Assembly: GCF_006345805.1 (NCBI RefSeq)
Contig: NC_043002.1
Coordinates: 68,696,001-68,760,000 of the forward strand
Source: Octopus sinensis
Taxonomy: Eukaryota
Reading direction: 5' to 3'
DNA: 64,000 bases
A program made the position numbers and the translations under genes. The notes under the pieces were generated by a model. That model was not told the DNA's origin and ran no database searches. It saw nothing but the letters and a program-made list of their open reading frames with translations. Position 1 is the first letter of the stretch; each line of letters begins with the position of its first letter. Positions 12,548 to 23,761 of this stretch are shown piece after piece.

Positions 12548-12575
12548 CATATACATACATACATACATACATACA

Positions 12576-12604
<29 letters not shown>

Positions 12605-12609
<5 letters not shown>

Positions 12610-12805
12610 GTTAATCCAAACATGAAAACACAAGAACACGAGGACATGGAACAAATATAGTATTATTGGACGCTCAAGAAGGTAGGGAAGAAGGAGGGTT
12701 TAACGTTTCGAGCGGAGCTCTTCGTCAGAAACGTAGGAGAAGGAAAGATCCAGAGAAGGGAAGACAGAGGAAAAAAAATTGCCAACGGTACATACGCGGT
12801 CACAT
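12605..12805 (-). mobile_element. PLE-type terminal-repeat fragment
   Basis: TA-microsatellite flanked, purine-rich on the plus strand, carries a minimal hammerhead. Confidence 0.55.
12698..12732 (-). ncRNA. Minimal type I hammerhead ribozyme
   Basis: GUUU CUGACGA A GAGC-UCC-GCUC GAAA CG UU^AAAC: stem I GUUU/AAAC, 4-bp stem II, palindromic ACGU stem III. Confidence 0.75.
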
Positions 12806-12808
12806 ATA

Positions 12809-13027
12809 TACAAGGGGTGCTGAAAAGCTCCTGGCTTTGGGTAAAAGAAAATACAGGAGGGTTATTTAGTTATGATTTTATTCAACATATTCCCTTCTCA
12901 GATTCACACGCTTATTGCAGCAGTCCTACAGTTTTTCTAAGCCCTGTAAAAGGATTTGGAAGGTTGGCCTCTAACCAAGTCTTTTGTGATACTCTTAAAG
13001 CCAGGAACTTTTGAGCAGCCCCTTGTA
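12809..13027. mobile_element. Mariner-type MITE with TA TSD
   Basis: TA-CAAGGGGTGCTGAAAAG...CTTTTGAGCAGCCCCTTG-TA; partial reverse copy at 52195-52405. Confidence 0.8.
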
Positions 13028-13868
13028 GTAGAAAATAATTAAGTTTTAAGTACTGAATTGTGAATTTCAGTAAGGGTCATTAGTAATACACACAGTGGCC
13101 TCCTGGATAATTTCCATCTATGAAATTCAACTCAACTAATAATGTATTGGTCAACATGGTGTTATAGCAAAAGATACTTGTTCAAGGAAATGCTTTGTGA
13201 GAACAAAACCCACAATCCATGAATATGGCTGTAAAGCAATTTGTCAACCATACAACCATATATGGCTCCTTCTGTGTTGTGGTTTGTTTGTTGAGAAGCT
13301 TAGGGTTTGGTTTATGTGACGCATGTGGTTTATGTAGTAAAACTTGGCACTTCAGACAAAAACTAGGTAAAGGAAAAAATATAAAAACAAGATAAGAATG
13401 AAATAAGTTTAAATTCTGTAAATATTATCATCATTATCATTATCATTTTAATGTCTACTTTTCAATGTTTGCATGGATTAGATCTTAGATTAGATGAAAC
13501 TGCACTGGGATTGAGTTTTCTATGGTCAGATGCACTTCATAATTAATTCCAAATCCCACTGGTTTCCAAGGGAGATAATAATCTCCCATTCTCATGAAAA
13601 ACAAACAATCCCAACATAGTTATGCAGAGAATCTAAAACAAATGACGCAATATGTATGAGCCTTTGTATTTATAAAGATCATATGTCATGTTAAAACATG
13701 TTGAGAAACCTAAACATGCTTTTGCAGTGGACTGCAAGTAAATGGCACTGTTTGCATAGACAGTGATACCATTGTTAACAACCAGAAAATAAATGTGATG
13801 ACAAGGAGAAATATGAACTCACACAAACACACATACAGTTACACACACATGCACACACAGGAACACAC

Positions 13869-13912
<44 letters not shown>

Positions 13913-14689
13913 TGGGATTTCTTAAGTTTTTGTCTGTGTTTGTCCCCCCAACATTGCTTGACAACCAATGCTGATGTGTTACACCCCCGTAACTTAGTGG
14001 TTCAGCAAAAAGAGACCGATAGAATAAGTACTAGACTTACAAAGAATAAGTCCTGGGGTCGATTTGCTCAACTAAGGGCGGTGCTACAGCATGGCTGCAG
14101 TCAAATGACTGAAACAAGTAAAAGAGTAAAAGAGTACCAAATCCACTCACAAAGCTTTGATTGGTCCAAGACAATAGTAGAAGACACTTTCCCAAGGTAC
14201 CATTTAGTGGGACTGAACATGAATCTACCTGGCCAAGAAGCAAACATTTTAACCATACAGCCATGACTGCATAGTTATTTGTCTGCACTGCAACAGCATT
14301 TCACCTTCCATGATTAGCTTACTAACTCAGAATTCTTCTATTACTGACAAATTGAATATTACATATTCAAATATTACATATTCACTTTAGAACTGTTTTA
14401 TAATATAATGAAGGAGACATATTCTCAGCTGACCTGAAGGTGAAATTGCTTTGATGACCTGTAGCCATGTCCTCAGTTGATTATGACAACAGTAATGCAA
14501 AACCAAACATGGAGTTGAATTGACATTGCCAGATATTTAATGCTTCTCAGATATCTGTTTCCTATTCAAGACTGAACATGCAAAGACAGAGAATTTTTAG
14601 CATAATCAGCAGTGACTAAATATCATAACATTCCCAGAGATTGTACAGTTGCATTTTGTGGTTGAGTAAAAAAAATATCCAAACACCAG

Positions 14690-15240
14690 ATCTTTGTATT
14701 TTCTCTTTGCTGAGTTTGGAGGCTGGGGCAAAGCCTGGGCTCTTTGCAGGGCTTCTGAAACTGATAGAATTGATGCCATTAATGTTCCATTTAACCCTTT
14801 CGTGGCCATATTTCTGTTGAAATACATTGTTTTTGTTTTGTCGTTATGAAGCTGATATTGGGAACAAATTAACATGACATTTTGATTTAAGGTTGTAATT
14901 TAGATCACTTTAAGATGTGAAGCTTATATCATAGAACAAATTTATATTGCTCAAAGTGGGATGGTATCAAAAGGGTTAAACTGCTGCAAGTCAACACGTA
15001 CAGGAAAGACATCAGCAGGGAAAAGATTCCAGAGGGCTAATACTCTGGGGATGAAGGATTAAGCAAAATGGTTAGTGTGGGGGAAGAGAGTTGGATACAC
15101 CAAGCGTGCTAAGAGATGATGAGATTGCTCTAGTGAGCAATCTGGGCATTTAAGAGCACACATTTCCAATGTGCTCATAACAGCATCAAGGTGGTGCACT
15201 GGTATGGTTGCAGTCTGGTGAATGAAATAAGTAGAAGAAT
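14690..15240 (-). mobile_element. CR1/L2-group LINE 3' remnant interrupted by a MITE
   Basis: Minus strand reads FIPRVLALWNLFPADVFPVRVDLQQFK up to the MITE TTAA and resumes WNINGINSISF, then a short 3' UTR. Confidence 0.65.
14791..14979. mobile_element. TTAA-flanked MITE (piggyBac-like ends)
   Basis: TTAA-CCCTTTCG...AAAAGGG-TTAA. Confidence 0.75.
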
Positions 15241-15554
15241 ATGTACTGTTCCACTTTTGTGTATGAAGCTTACCTTCTCTGCTAGTCTGACATCCTCTGT
15301 TAGTCACTTTAATTGAATTCAGTACATGAATGGTGCTCATTAAGTTGATCTTGGAATTCATTATTCTAAGGAACTAGCTATCATTCTTCTATTTCTACCC
15401 CTGCACAACTTTGATATTCCTAATCTATATCATAATAGAAGCTGGGTCTGTCCATCTGGCACAAAATGTATTAGCAAGAAAAGTGTTCTTGTTACTTGCA
15501 TTGATGTCCCTTGTTAGTGTGCTGCCAACACAGTTGCCTCTCTGTTACACTCTC

Positions 15555-15604
<50 letters not shown>

Positions 15605-16157
15605 GTGCGCGCATGCACATCCGTGCAGATGCTTCTGGGGAGAAACAAGTCCTTACTGGTTAAATTTTGAAATGGCGTGATAAAGCTTTGTCCAACTATT
15701 TCTTTTTGTGAGTTCATCTCACAAGGGAAAGATAATTTAGCTTGCTGTGCCCGCTTCCTCTAAATATAATGAGGTTAGTATTTTTTGTGGCTTTAGAGTT
15801 AATTTTGACTCTTATTTCTAGCAATTGTAGGTACTATTTTGTACCCTTTATTTATTAATTCTTTTTTGATTTTGACTTGCTAGCAAGTCTGTGTTTAATA
15901 TATCTTAATATATTAATATATCATTATAGTATCTTTTTGTATTTATATACATACACATATATATATATATATAATGGATAATAAAATAAATGCTTAACAC
16001 CTGGTAGCTTACTGGTAAAGCACAGTCACTTTCAGAGTGATCATTAAGTAAATAATAAACGAAAGGTAGAAAATGCTAGATGTGTCGAAACAATTGTTGT
16101 CATTAATAATATATTCTCATATATTCCATCTTCTATCTTTCATTTGTTATTTACATG

Positions 16158-16212
<55 letters not shown>

Positions 16213-16399
16213 GTATATCTAATAGACTGTTTTTACTTCAAATTTTTCAAACTTTTATAAATTTTTACTATTTGATAAGATGGTGAAATACATCAAAACT
16301 GGAAATATTATTTTTATTTATATAATCTTTGATTAAATTCTGTCTTATACTGAAATGTCTAAGATTTAATTCTTTGCTATTTCTACCTCCATTTTTTTT

Positions 16400-16835
16400 T
16401 ATATATAAAAATTTGAACATTTAAACCCAAACCAAATAGCAAAGGAGATCTACTGCGAGCAATTTTAGCAGCTTAAGTTGTCACTAGAAGAAAAATGACC
16501 ATCTTTGGTTACAAGACGAAAGGTGTTCTTCCATCAGGATAATGCTTGGCCACAAACAGCAAGGATGACATTCCAAATGTTGGAGCAGTTTGAATGGGCA
16601 ACGATGCCTCACCCACCATATTCACCAGATATTGCCCCATCTGATTATCATTTATTCCACAGTCTTCAAAATCATTTGGATGGAAAAAATATGAATTAAG
16701 TAAATGAAGTCAGAACAGTACTGGAGGAGTATTTTTTTCATCATGGGGAAGTGAATTTTGGAAGAGGGGCCTCCAAGTCTACCCCAGATAGATGGAAGAG
16801 CATGTGGAAAATGAAGAAGAGTATATTTTAGATGA
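16400..16835 (+). mobile_element. Mariner transposase C-terminal remnant
   Basis: FFHQDNAWPQ...PHPPYSPDIAPSDYHLFHSLQNHL; same family reversed at 53230-53470. Confidence 0.85.
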
Positions 16836-17491
16836 AATAAATTAGAGAAAAACCATTATTATGTAATTCAAACATGATAGACATAAACCAAATCATAAAT
16901 AAAAAATAAAATATATTTTTTAAAAACATATAACTAGATCACAAAAAGTACAAAAAGGAATAAACTATATATAAATTTATATATCATATATTTATATTGT
17001 GAAATTTGATTTAATACTAAATTGAATTTTCCCCTGTAAGTTTGGAGTTATACTCCCTAATATTAATATCATATATATATGTGTATATATATATGTGTGT
17101 GTATTGGAAGCACTCCATCGGTTACGACGACGAGGGTTTTGGTTGATCTGAATCAACGGAACAGCCTGCTTGTGAAATTACCGTGTAAGTGGCTGAGCAC
17201 TCCACAGACACGTGTACCCTTAACGTAGTTCTCGGGAATATTCAGCGTGACACAGAGAGTGACAAGGCTGGCCCTTTGAAATACAGGTACAACAGAAACA
17301 GGAAGTAAGAGTGAGAGAAAGTTGTGGTGAAAGAGTACAGCAGTGATCACCACCATCCCCTGCCAGAGCCTCGTGGAGATTTAGGTGTTTTCGCTCAATA
17401 AACACTCACAACGGCCGGTCTGGTAATCGAAACCGCGATCTTATGACCGCGAGTCCACTGCCCTAACCACTGGGCCATTGTGCCTCCACCA

Positions 17492-17527
<36 letters not shown>

Positions 17528-17631
17528 CCGGAGTAAACACATAAATGTGAAACAAGGTGGAAAAAAGAGTACTCAAATACCAGTGGTAGAGTAATATGCT
17601 TTATTTTAAGCAGCAGAAAATTCAACAAAAT

Positions 17632-17669
17632 CTGTTACTCTGAGTTTCTCGTTGCCGTTCATCAGACAG
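17632..17669 (-). ncRNA. Minimal type I hammerhead fold (second copy 18915-18952)
   Basis: CUGU CUGAUGA ACG-GCAA-CGA GAAA CUCAGAG UA^ACAG. Confidence 0.6.
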
Positions 17670-18233
17670 TTTTTGCTAGAATGGAACCGATATATCAATT
17701 CAATCTAGACTCTTACAAACGCTACACCTTTAAAAAGAAATGGACTTGTTTGATTGGCCCTTTAGAAAAAACGGTCAATCTTCGAGCGATAAACAAAAAG
17801 GTCAAAAATATATGTATATATATATAAAAAAACTTATAAAAATTATAAAATCCGAGGAAAAAACCTTACATTGAATAAAATACATATTGACGTTAATGAA
17901 GAAAGTATAAATTAATGCATAGAAATTGACGTTAATGAAGAAATATGTATTGCAGTGTAATATTTATAACAGGTTTAATTTCTATGCATTAATTTATACT
18001 TTCTTCATTAACGTCAATATGTATTTTATTCAATGTAAGGTTTTTTCCTCGGATTTTATAATTTTTATAAGTTTTTTTATATATATATACATATATTTTT
18101 GACCTTTTTGTTTATCGCTCGAAGATTGACCGTTTTTTCTAAAGGGCCAATCAAACAAGTCCATTTCTTTTTAAAGGTGTAGCGTTTGTAAGAGTCTAGA
18201 TTGAATTGATATATCGGTTCCATTCTAGCAAAA

Positions 18234-18271
18234 CTGTCTGATGAACGGCAACGAGAAACTCAGAGTAACAG
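18234..18271 (+). ncRNA. Minimal type I hammerhead fold (second copy 19517-19554)
   Basis: Same motif on the plus strand. A-A mismatch next to the core in stem II; GNRA tetraloop; GUA site. Confidence 0.6.
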
Positions 18272-18768
18272 ATTTTGTTGAATTTTCTGCTGCTTAAAAT
18301 AAAGTATATATATATATATATATATATATTGATATCATATATATACATGATAACAAACATATATATATAAATGTGTATATTTTATATCATGTATACATAT
18401 CTATCTATCTAACTATCTATCTATCTATCTACCTATCTATCTACCTATATATATATATATCTATATATGATCATATATTATGTAAAGGGCAGGTAAAGAG
18501 AGGGGTGCTTGAAGGGGATAGAGAGTAATGAGGAGCTAAAGAAACCATAGGGAGGAGTCAGTGTGGAAAAGAGATGTAGGAGGGGAAGTTCAGTAGGTGA
18601 GTGCAGGGAGCCCAGAGAAATAAGAGAAGGGGAGGTAGGAGGGTATCAACAATGCAAGTGAGGGAGAAGAGGAAGAATACAGTGAGAGCATCCTGGTCAC
18701 CTTCACCACCTTTTTTCACTGTTATCTCTGCTATGATTGCACTTGAAAGCAAACACACATGCACATGC

Positions 18769-18805
<37 letters not shown>

Positions 18806-20084
18806 ATATACCGGAGTAAACACATAAATGTGAAACAAGGTGGAAAAAAGAGTACTCAAATACCAGTGGTAGAGTAATATGCTTTATTTTAAGCAGCAGA
18901 AAATTCAACAAAATCTGTTACTCTGAGTTTCTCGTTGCCGTTCATCAGACAGTTTTTGCTAGAATGGAACCGATATATCAATTCAATCTAGACTCTTACA
19001 AACGCTACACCTTTAAAAAGAAATGGACTTGTTTGATTGGCCCTTTAGAAAAAACGGTCAATCTTCGAGCGATAAACAAAAAGGTCAAAAATATATGTAT
19101 ATATATATAAAAAAACTTATAAAAATTATAAAATCCGAGGAAAAAACCTTACATTGAATAAAATACATATTGACGTTAATGAAGAAAGTATAAATTAATG
19201 CATAGAAATTGACGTTAATGAAGAAATATGTATTGCAGTGTAATATTTATAACAGGTTTAATTTCTATGCATTAATTTATACTTTCTTCATTAACGTCAA
19301 TATGTATTTTATTCAATGTAAGGTTTTTTCCTCGGATTTTATAATTTTTATAAGTTTTTTTATATATATATACATATATTTTTGACCTTTTTGTTTATCG
19401 CTCGAAGATTGACCGTTTTTTCTAAAGGGCCAATCAAACAAGTCCATTTCTTTTTAAAGGTGTAGCGTTTGTAAGAGTCTAGATTGAATTGATATATCGG
19501 TTCCATTCTAGCAAAACTGTCTGATGAACGGCAACGAGAAACTCAGAGTAACAGATTTTGTTGAATTTTCTGCTGCTTAAAATAAAGTATATATATATAT
19601 ATATATATATATTGATATCATATATATACATGATAACAAACATATATATATAAATGTGTATATTTTATATCATGTATACATATCTATCTATCTAACTATC
19701 TATCTATCTATCTACCTATCTATCTACCTATATATATATATATCTATATATGATCATATATTATGTAAAGGGCAGGTAAAGAGAGGGGTGCTTGAAGGGG
19801 ATAGAGAGTAATGAGGAGCTAAAGAAACCATAGGGAGGAGTCAGTGTGGAAAAGAGATGTAGGAGGGGAAGTTCAGTAGGTGAGTGCAGGGAGCCCAGAG
19901 AAATAAGAGAAGGGGAGGTAGGAGGGTATCAACATGCAAGTGAGGGAGAAGAGGAAGAATACAGTGAGAGCATCCTGGTCACCTTCACCACCTTTTTTCA
20001 CTGTTATCTCTGCTATGATTGCACTTGAAAGCAAACACACATGCACATGCATATATATATATATATATATATATAATTAGCAGG

Positions 20085-20320
20085 GCAGACTTCTGAGGGA
20101 GAGCACTTTTATCTTAGATTATTGCCTTCAGCAAGGCAGGTGCTGAAAGTTTTAATATGCTTACTGTTAACTATGTTGTCTGCAAAAATTTTAACACATA
20201 CGCCAGACGCTGAATCTTTTAGAAAAGAATCAAGAATGGGAACAATGCTTGAACAAAGCCAGAACTATGCATTCTGGGGAAGTGTTTAAAAATTTATTTG
20301 CCAATATACTCAAGCTATGT
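20085..20320 (+). mobile_element. Degenerate Helitron Rep/helicase fragment
   Basis: Across frameshifts: GEHFYLRLL / AGAESFNMLTVNYVV / LNLLEKNQEWEQCLNKA...FKNLFANILKLC, matching the Helitron motif GERFYLRLLL..VxGATSF..LRTVNG..LGLLEDDxEW..CL.EA..LR.LFA.IL..C. Confidence 0.7.
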
Positions 20321-20597
20321 TTATTTTTTTTTTCAGACTTCATTAGAGTTGTACATGTTTCACATTATTATTTTGCTGTTTTAGATTATATGTATTAAAG
20401 AAAACAAGATATTATAAAAGAAGTTGCTTTAGCATGTGCATTAAGTGATCTGTTGAACATGTTGGCCCATCGGCTCACACTGTATAAACCACCACCACCA
20501 CCATCGTTTTAATGTCCATGCTTGCATGAATCAGACAGAATTTGTTGAGGTAGATTTTCTATCAAAGGATGCCCTTCCTGGCACCAACACTTGCTTG

Positions 20598-20925
20598 TTC
20601 TTCAAAAACTCAAAGCACCCAAAAGGGGTGGTAATAGCAGTTTTCAGAATATCGGCTGGGTTGACTGGTATTTGGTGATAAGCGTGTATAAGATCATCTT
20701 TTGAAAAAATGGTACAGCCATGATGATTCACTGAAAAATCCTGAAGAATTCTTATGGTGTATTGATCTGGTATTGTAACTGCATTGAGGCATTGATAATC
20801 TCCTACCGGGTGAAAATCAGACTCTCCTTTTCATGCCAAGTGAAGGGAAGATGCCCATGAGCTGGTGGAGGGGCGTATCAGGCCAAGTTGGAGCATGTGC
20901 TCAAACTCGGCCCAATATGGCCCTC
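20598..20925 (-). mobile_element. Ty3/Gypsy RT N-terminal fragment
   Basis: EFEHMLQLGLIRPSTSSWASSLH...GDYQCLNAVT...DLIHAYHQIPVNPADILKTAITTPFGCFEFL, cut at a SINE tail (20490-20597). Confidence 0.9.
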
Positions 20926-20929
20926 ACGA

Positions 20930-21285
20930 GCAGAAGTAGTGGGGAAGCATCATAGCCATGTGTTGAGAGGACTTCCTTTGAGGTTTGAATGATTTGCCTC
21001 TGGAAACATGGGTGTTGCATTCAACATCCTTAAACAACTCTTATTCAGGGACCTTTTAAGCAGAACGGATTATTTGACCTGAAGAAAATTCTAACTGGCC
21101 TCCACCTGCAAGGTCATGTGCTGTTTATCTTGATATGAGATCACCATGCCATGCACATATGGTTGTAATGCATGTGCCTAGTGTACCCTTATCAGACAGG
21201 TAGTCATGATGGGTATATTGGACTTTGTATATTTTACCCAGTACTCCTTTGATGGCATGTATTGCTCTTTCACTCAATAATAATA
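20930..21285. mobile_element. Unclassified interspersed repeat bounded by (TAA)n; second copy reversed at 36780-37305
   Basis: About 350 bp of homology between the loci; the 36.8-kb copy has a ~65-bp terminal direct repeat (36779-36850 / 37235-37305). Confidence 0.6.
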
Positions 21286-21458
21286 ATCATCATCATCATC
21301 ATTTAACGTCCGCTTTCCATGCTAGCATGGGTTGGACGGTTCAACTGGGGTCTGGGGAGCCCGAAAGCTGCACCAGTCCAGTCAGATCTGGCAGTGTTTC
21401 TACAGCTGGATGCCCTTCCTAACGCCAACCACTCCGAGAGTGTAGTGGGTGATTTTAT

Positions 21459-21890
21459 GTGTCACCGACACAGGTGCCAGACGAGGCTGGCAAACGGCCA
21501 CGCTCGGATGGTGTTTTTTATGTGCCACCGACACAGGTGCCAGACGAGGCTGGCTGACGGCCACGCTCGGATGGTGTTTTTATGTGCCACCGACACAGGT
21601 GCCAGACGAGGCTGGCAGACGGCCACGCTCGGATGGTGTTTTTTATGTGCCACCGACACAGGTGCCAGACGAGGCTGGCAGACGGCCACGCTCGGATGGT
21701 GTTTTTTATGTGCCACCGACACAGGTGCCAGACGAGGCTGGCAGACGGCCATGCTCGGATGGTGTTTTTTATGTGCCACCGACACAGGTGCCAGACGAGG
21801 CTGGCAGACGGCCACGCTCGGATGGTGTTTTTATGTGCCACCGACACAGGTGCCAGATGAGGCTGGCAAACGGCCACGATCGGATGGTGC
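21459..21890. repeat. Seven-copy 62-63-bp minisatellite in the RTE 3' UTR
   Basis: Units start at 21459, 21522, 21584, 21647, 21710, 21773 and 21835. Confidence 0.95.
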
Positions 21891-23761
21891 TTGTTACGTG
21901 CCCACAGCACGGAGGCCAGTCGATGCGGTACTGGCTACGGCCACGTTCGGATGGTTTTCTTATATGCCACGTGCCACCGGCACTGGTACCACAAAGATAC
22001 AAATTCCATTGATGTTCATCTATTTTGATTTGTTTTGATTTTGATTTGATTTGATTTGATTCTCACTTGCCTCAACAGGTCTTCACAAGTGTCACAAGAA
22101 GAAGGTATGCACAGGTGGACTGACTACGTCCCAGGTAGGGGCCATGGGTTATGGCCTGACTAGTCTTGCCGGGTCTTCGGATGGTGTTTTTTATGTTTTT
22201 ATGTGCCACCGACACAGGTGCTAGATGAGGCTGGCGAACGGCCACGATCGGATGGTGTTTGTCATGTGCCCACCGCACTGACTACGGCACTGATGGATTC
22301 TTGTGTGCCACAGGCACTGGTACCACAAGATACAATTCCATTGATGTTCATCTATTTTGTCTATTTTGATTTTGATTTGATTTGATTTTCACTTGCCTCA
22401 ACCGGTCTTCACAAGTGTCACAAGAAGGAAGGAAGGTATGCACAGGTGGACTGACTAGTCTTGCCGGGTCTTCGGAAGGTGTTTTTATGTGCCACCGACA
22501 GGTGCCAGATGAGGCTGGCGAACGGCCATGATCGGATGGTGTTTGTTACGTGCCCACAGCACGGAGGCCGGTCGATGCGGAACTGGCTACGGCCACGTTC
22601 GGATGGTTCTCATGTGTGCCACCGGCACTGGTACCACAAAGTGTGTGCCACCGGCACTGGATGGTTCTCATGTGTGCCACCGGCACTGGTACCACAAGTG
22701 TGTGCCACCGGCACTGGTACCACAAAGATACAGATTCCATTGATGTTCATCTATTTTGATTTGTTTTGATTGATTTTCACTTGCCTCAACAGGTCTTCAC
22801 AAGTGTCACAAGAAGGAAGGTATGCACAGGTGGACTGACTACGTCCCAGGTAGGGGCCATGGGCTATGGCCTGACTAGTCTTGCCGGGTCTTCGGATGGT
22901 GTTTTTATGTGCCACCGACACAGGTGCTAGATGAGGCTGGCGAACGGCCACGATCGGATGGTGTTTGTCATGTGCCCACAGAACGGAGGCCAGTCGATGC
23001 GGTACTGGCTACGGCCACTTTCGGATGGTTTTCTCTTGTGTGCCACCGGCACTGGTACCACAAAGATACAAATTCCATTGATGTTCACCTATTTTGATTT
23101 GTTTTGATTTGATTTTGATTTTGATTTTGATTTTCACTTGCCTCAACAGGCCTTTGATTTTCACTTGCCTCAACAGGCCTTCACAAGTATCACAAGGAGG
23201 AAGGTATGCACAGGTGAACTGACTACGTCCCAGGTAGGGGCCATGGTTTATGGCCTGACTAGTCTTGCCGGGTCTTCGGAAGGTGTTTTTATGTGCCACC
23301 GACACAGGTGCTAGATGAGGCTGGCGAACGGCCACGACCGGATGGTGTTTGTTATGTGCCCACAGCACGATGGCCAGTGATGCGGTACTGACTACGGCCA
23401 CGTTCGGATGGATTCTTGTGTGCCACCGGCAAGGAAACATTCCATTGATGTTCATCTATTTTGATTTGTTTTGATTTGATTTGATTTTCACTTGCCTCAG
23501 CAGGTCTTCACAAGTCGGAAGGTATGTACAGGTGGACTGACTACGTCCCAGGTAGGGCCCACGGGTTATGACCTGACTAGTCTTGCCGGGTCTTCGGATG
23601 GTGTTTTTATGTGCCACCATGTTCCCACAGCACGGAGGCCAGTCGATGCGGTACTGGCTACGGCCACGTTCGGATGGTTTTCTTGTGTGCCACAGGCACT
23701 GGTACCACAAAGATACAAATTCCATTGATGTTCATCTATTTTGATTGATTTTCACTTGCCT
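21890..23761. repeat. Tandem array of ~260-390-bp units (RTE ORF end plus proximal 3' UTR)
   Basis: TCACTTGCCTCA marker at 22063, 22389, 22777, 23134/23161, 23488 and 23752. Confidence 0.9.

Larger units (their letters stand above)
17528..18310. mobile_element. PLE-type palindromic element (arms 17599-17927 and 17977-18304)
   Basis: 329/328-bp arms, identical except for a 1-bp homopolymer difference; 49-bp spacer; TA-flanked; hammerhead fold in each arm. Confidence 0.75.
17528..20075. repeat. Near-perfect 1283-bp tandem duplication
   Basis: CCGGAGTAAACAC at 17528 and 18811; apart from microsatellite lengths I found one 1-bp indel (CAACAATGC vs CAACATGC). Confidence 0.95.

Noticed and set aside
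14606-14875. Protein-like ORF (EALQRAQALPQPP...) as a host exon
   Set aside because: Overlaps a MITE and the end and 3' UTR of a CR1/L2-type LINE.
3911-15364. Minus-strand exon-like segments at 3911-3982, ~6257-6326 and 15271-15364
   Set aside because: Reasonable splice signals, but stops in all or most frames and no phase-consistent chain; expected by chance in AT-rich DNA.
16036-16104. Hammerhead relic (AGTGAT...GAAACAATTGTTGTCATT)
   Set aside because: Stem I and the 3' core are plausible, but CUGANGA and stem II are not recoverable.
21459-21890. Regular array resembling CRISPR
   Set aside because: No unique spacers, no cas genes, eukaryotic context; a minisatellite inside a LINE 3' UTR.
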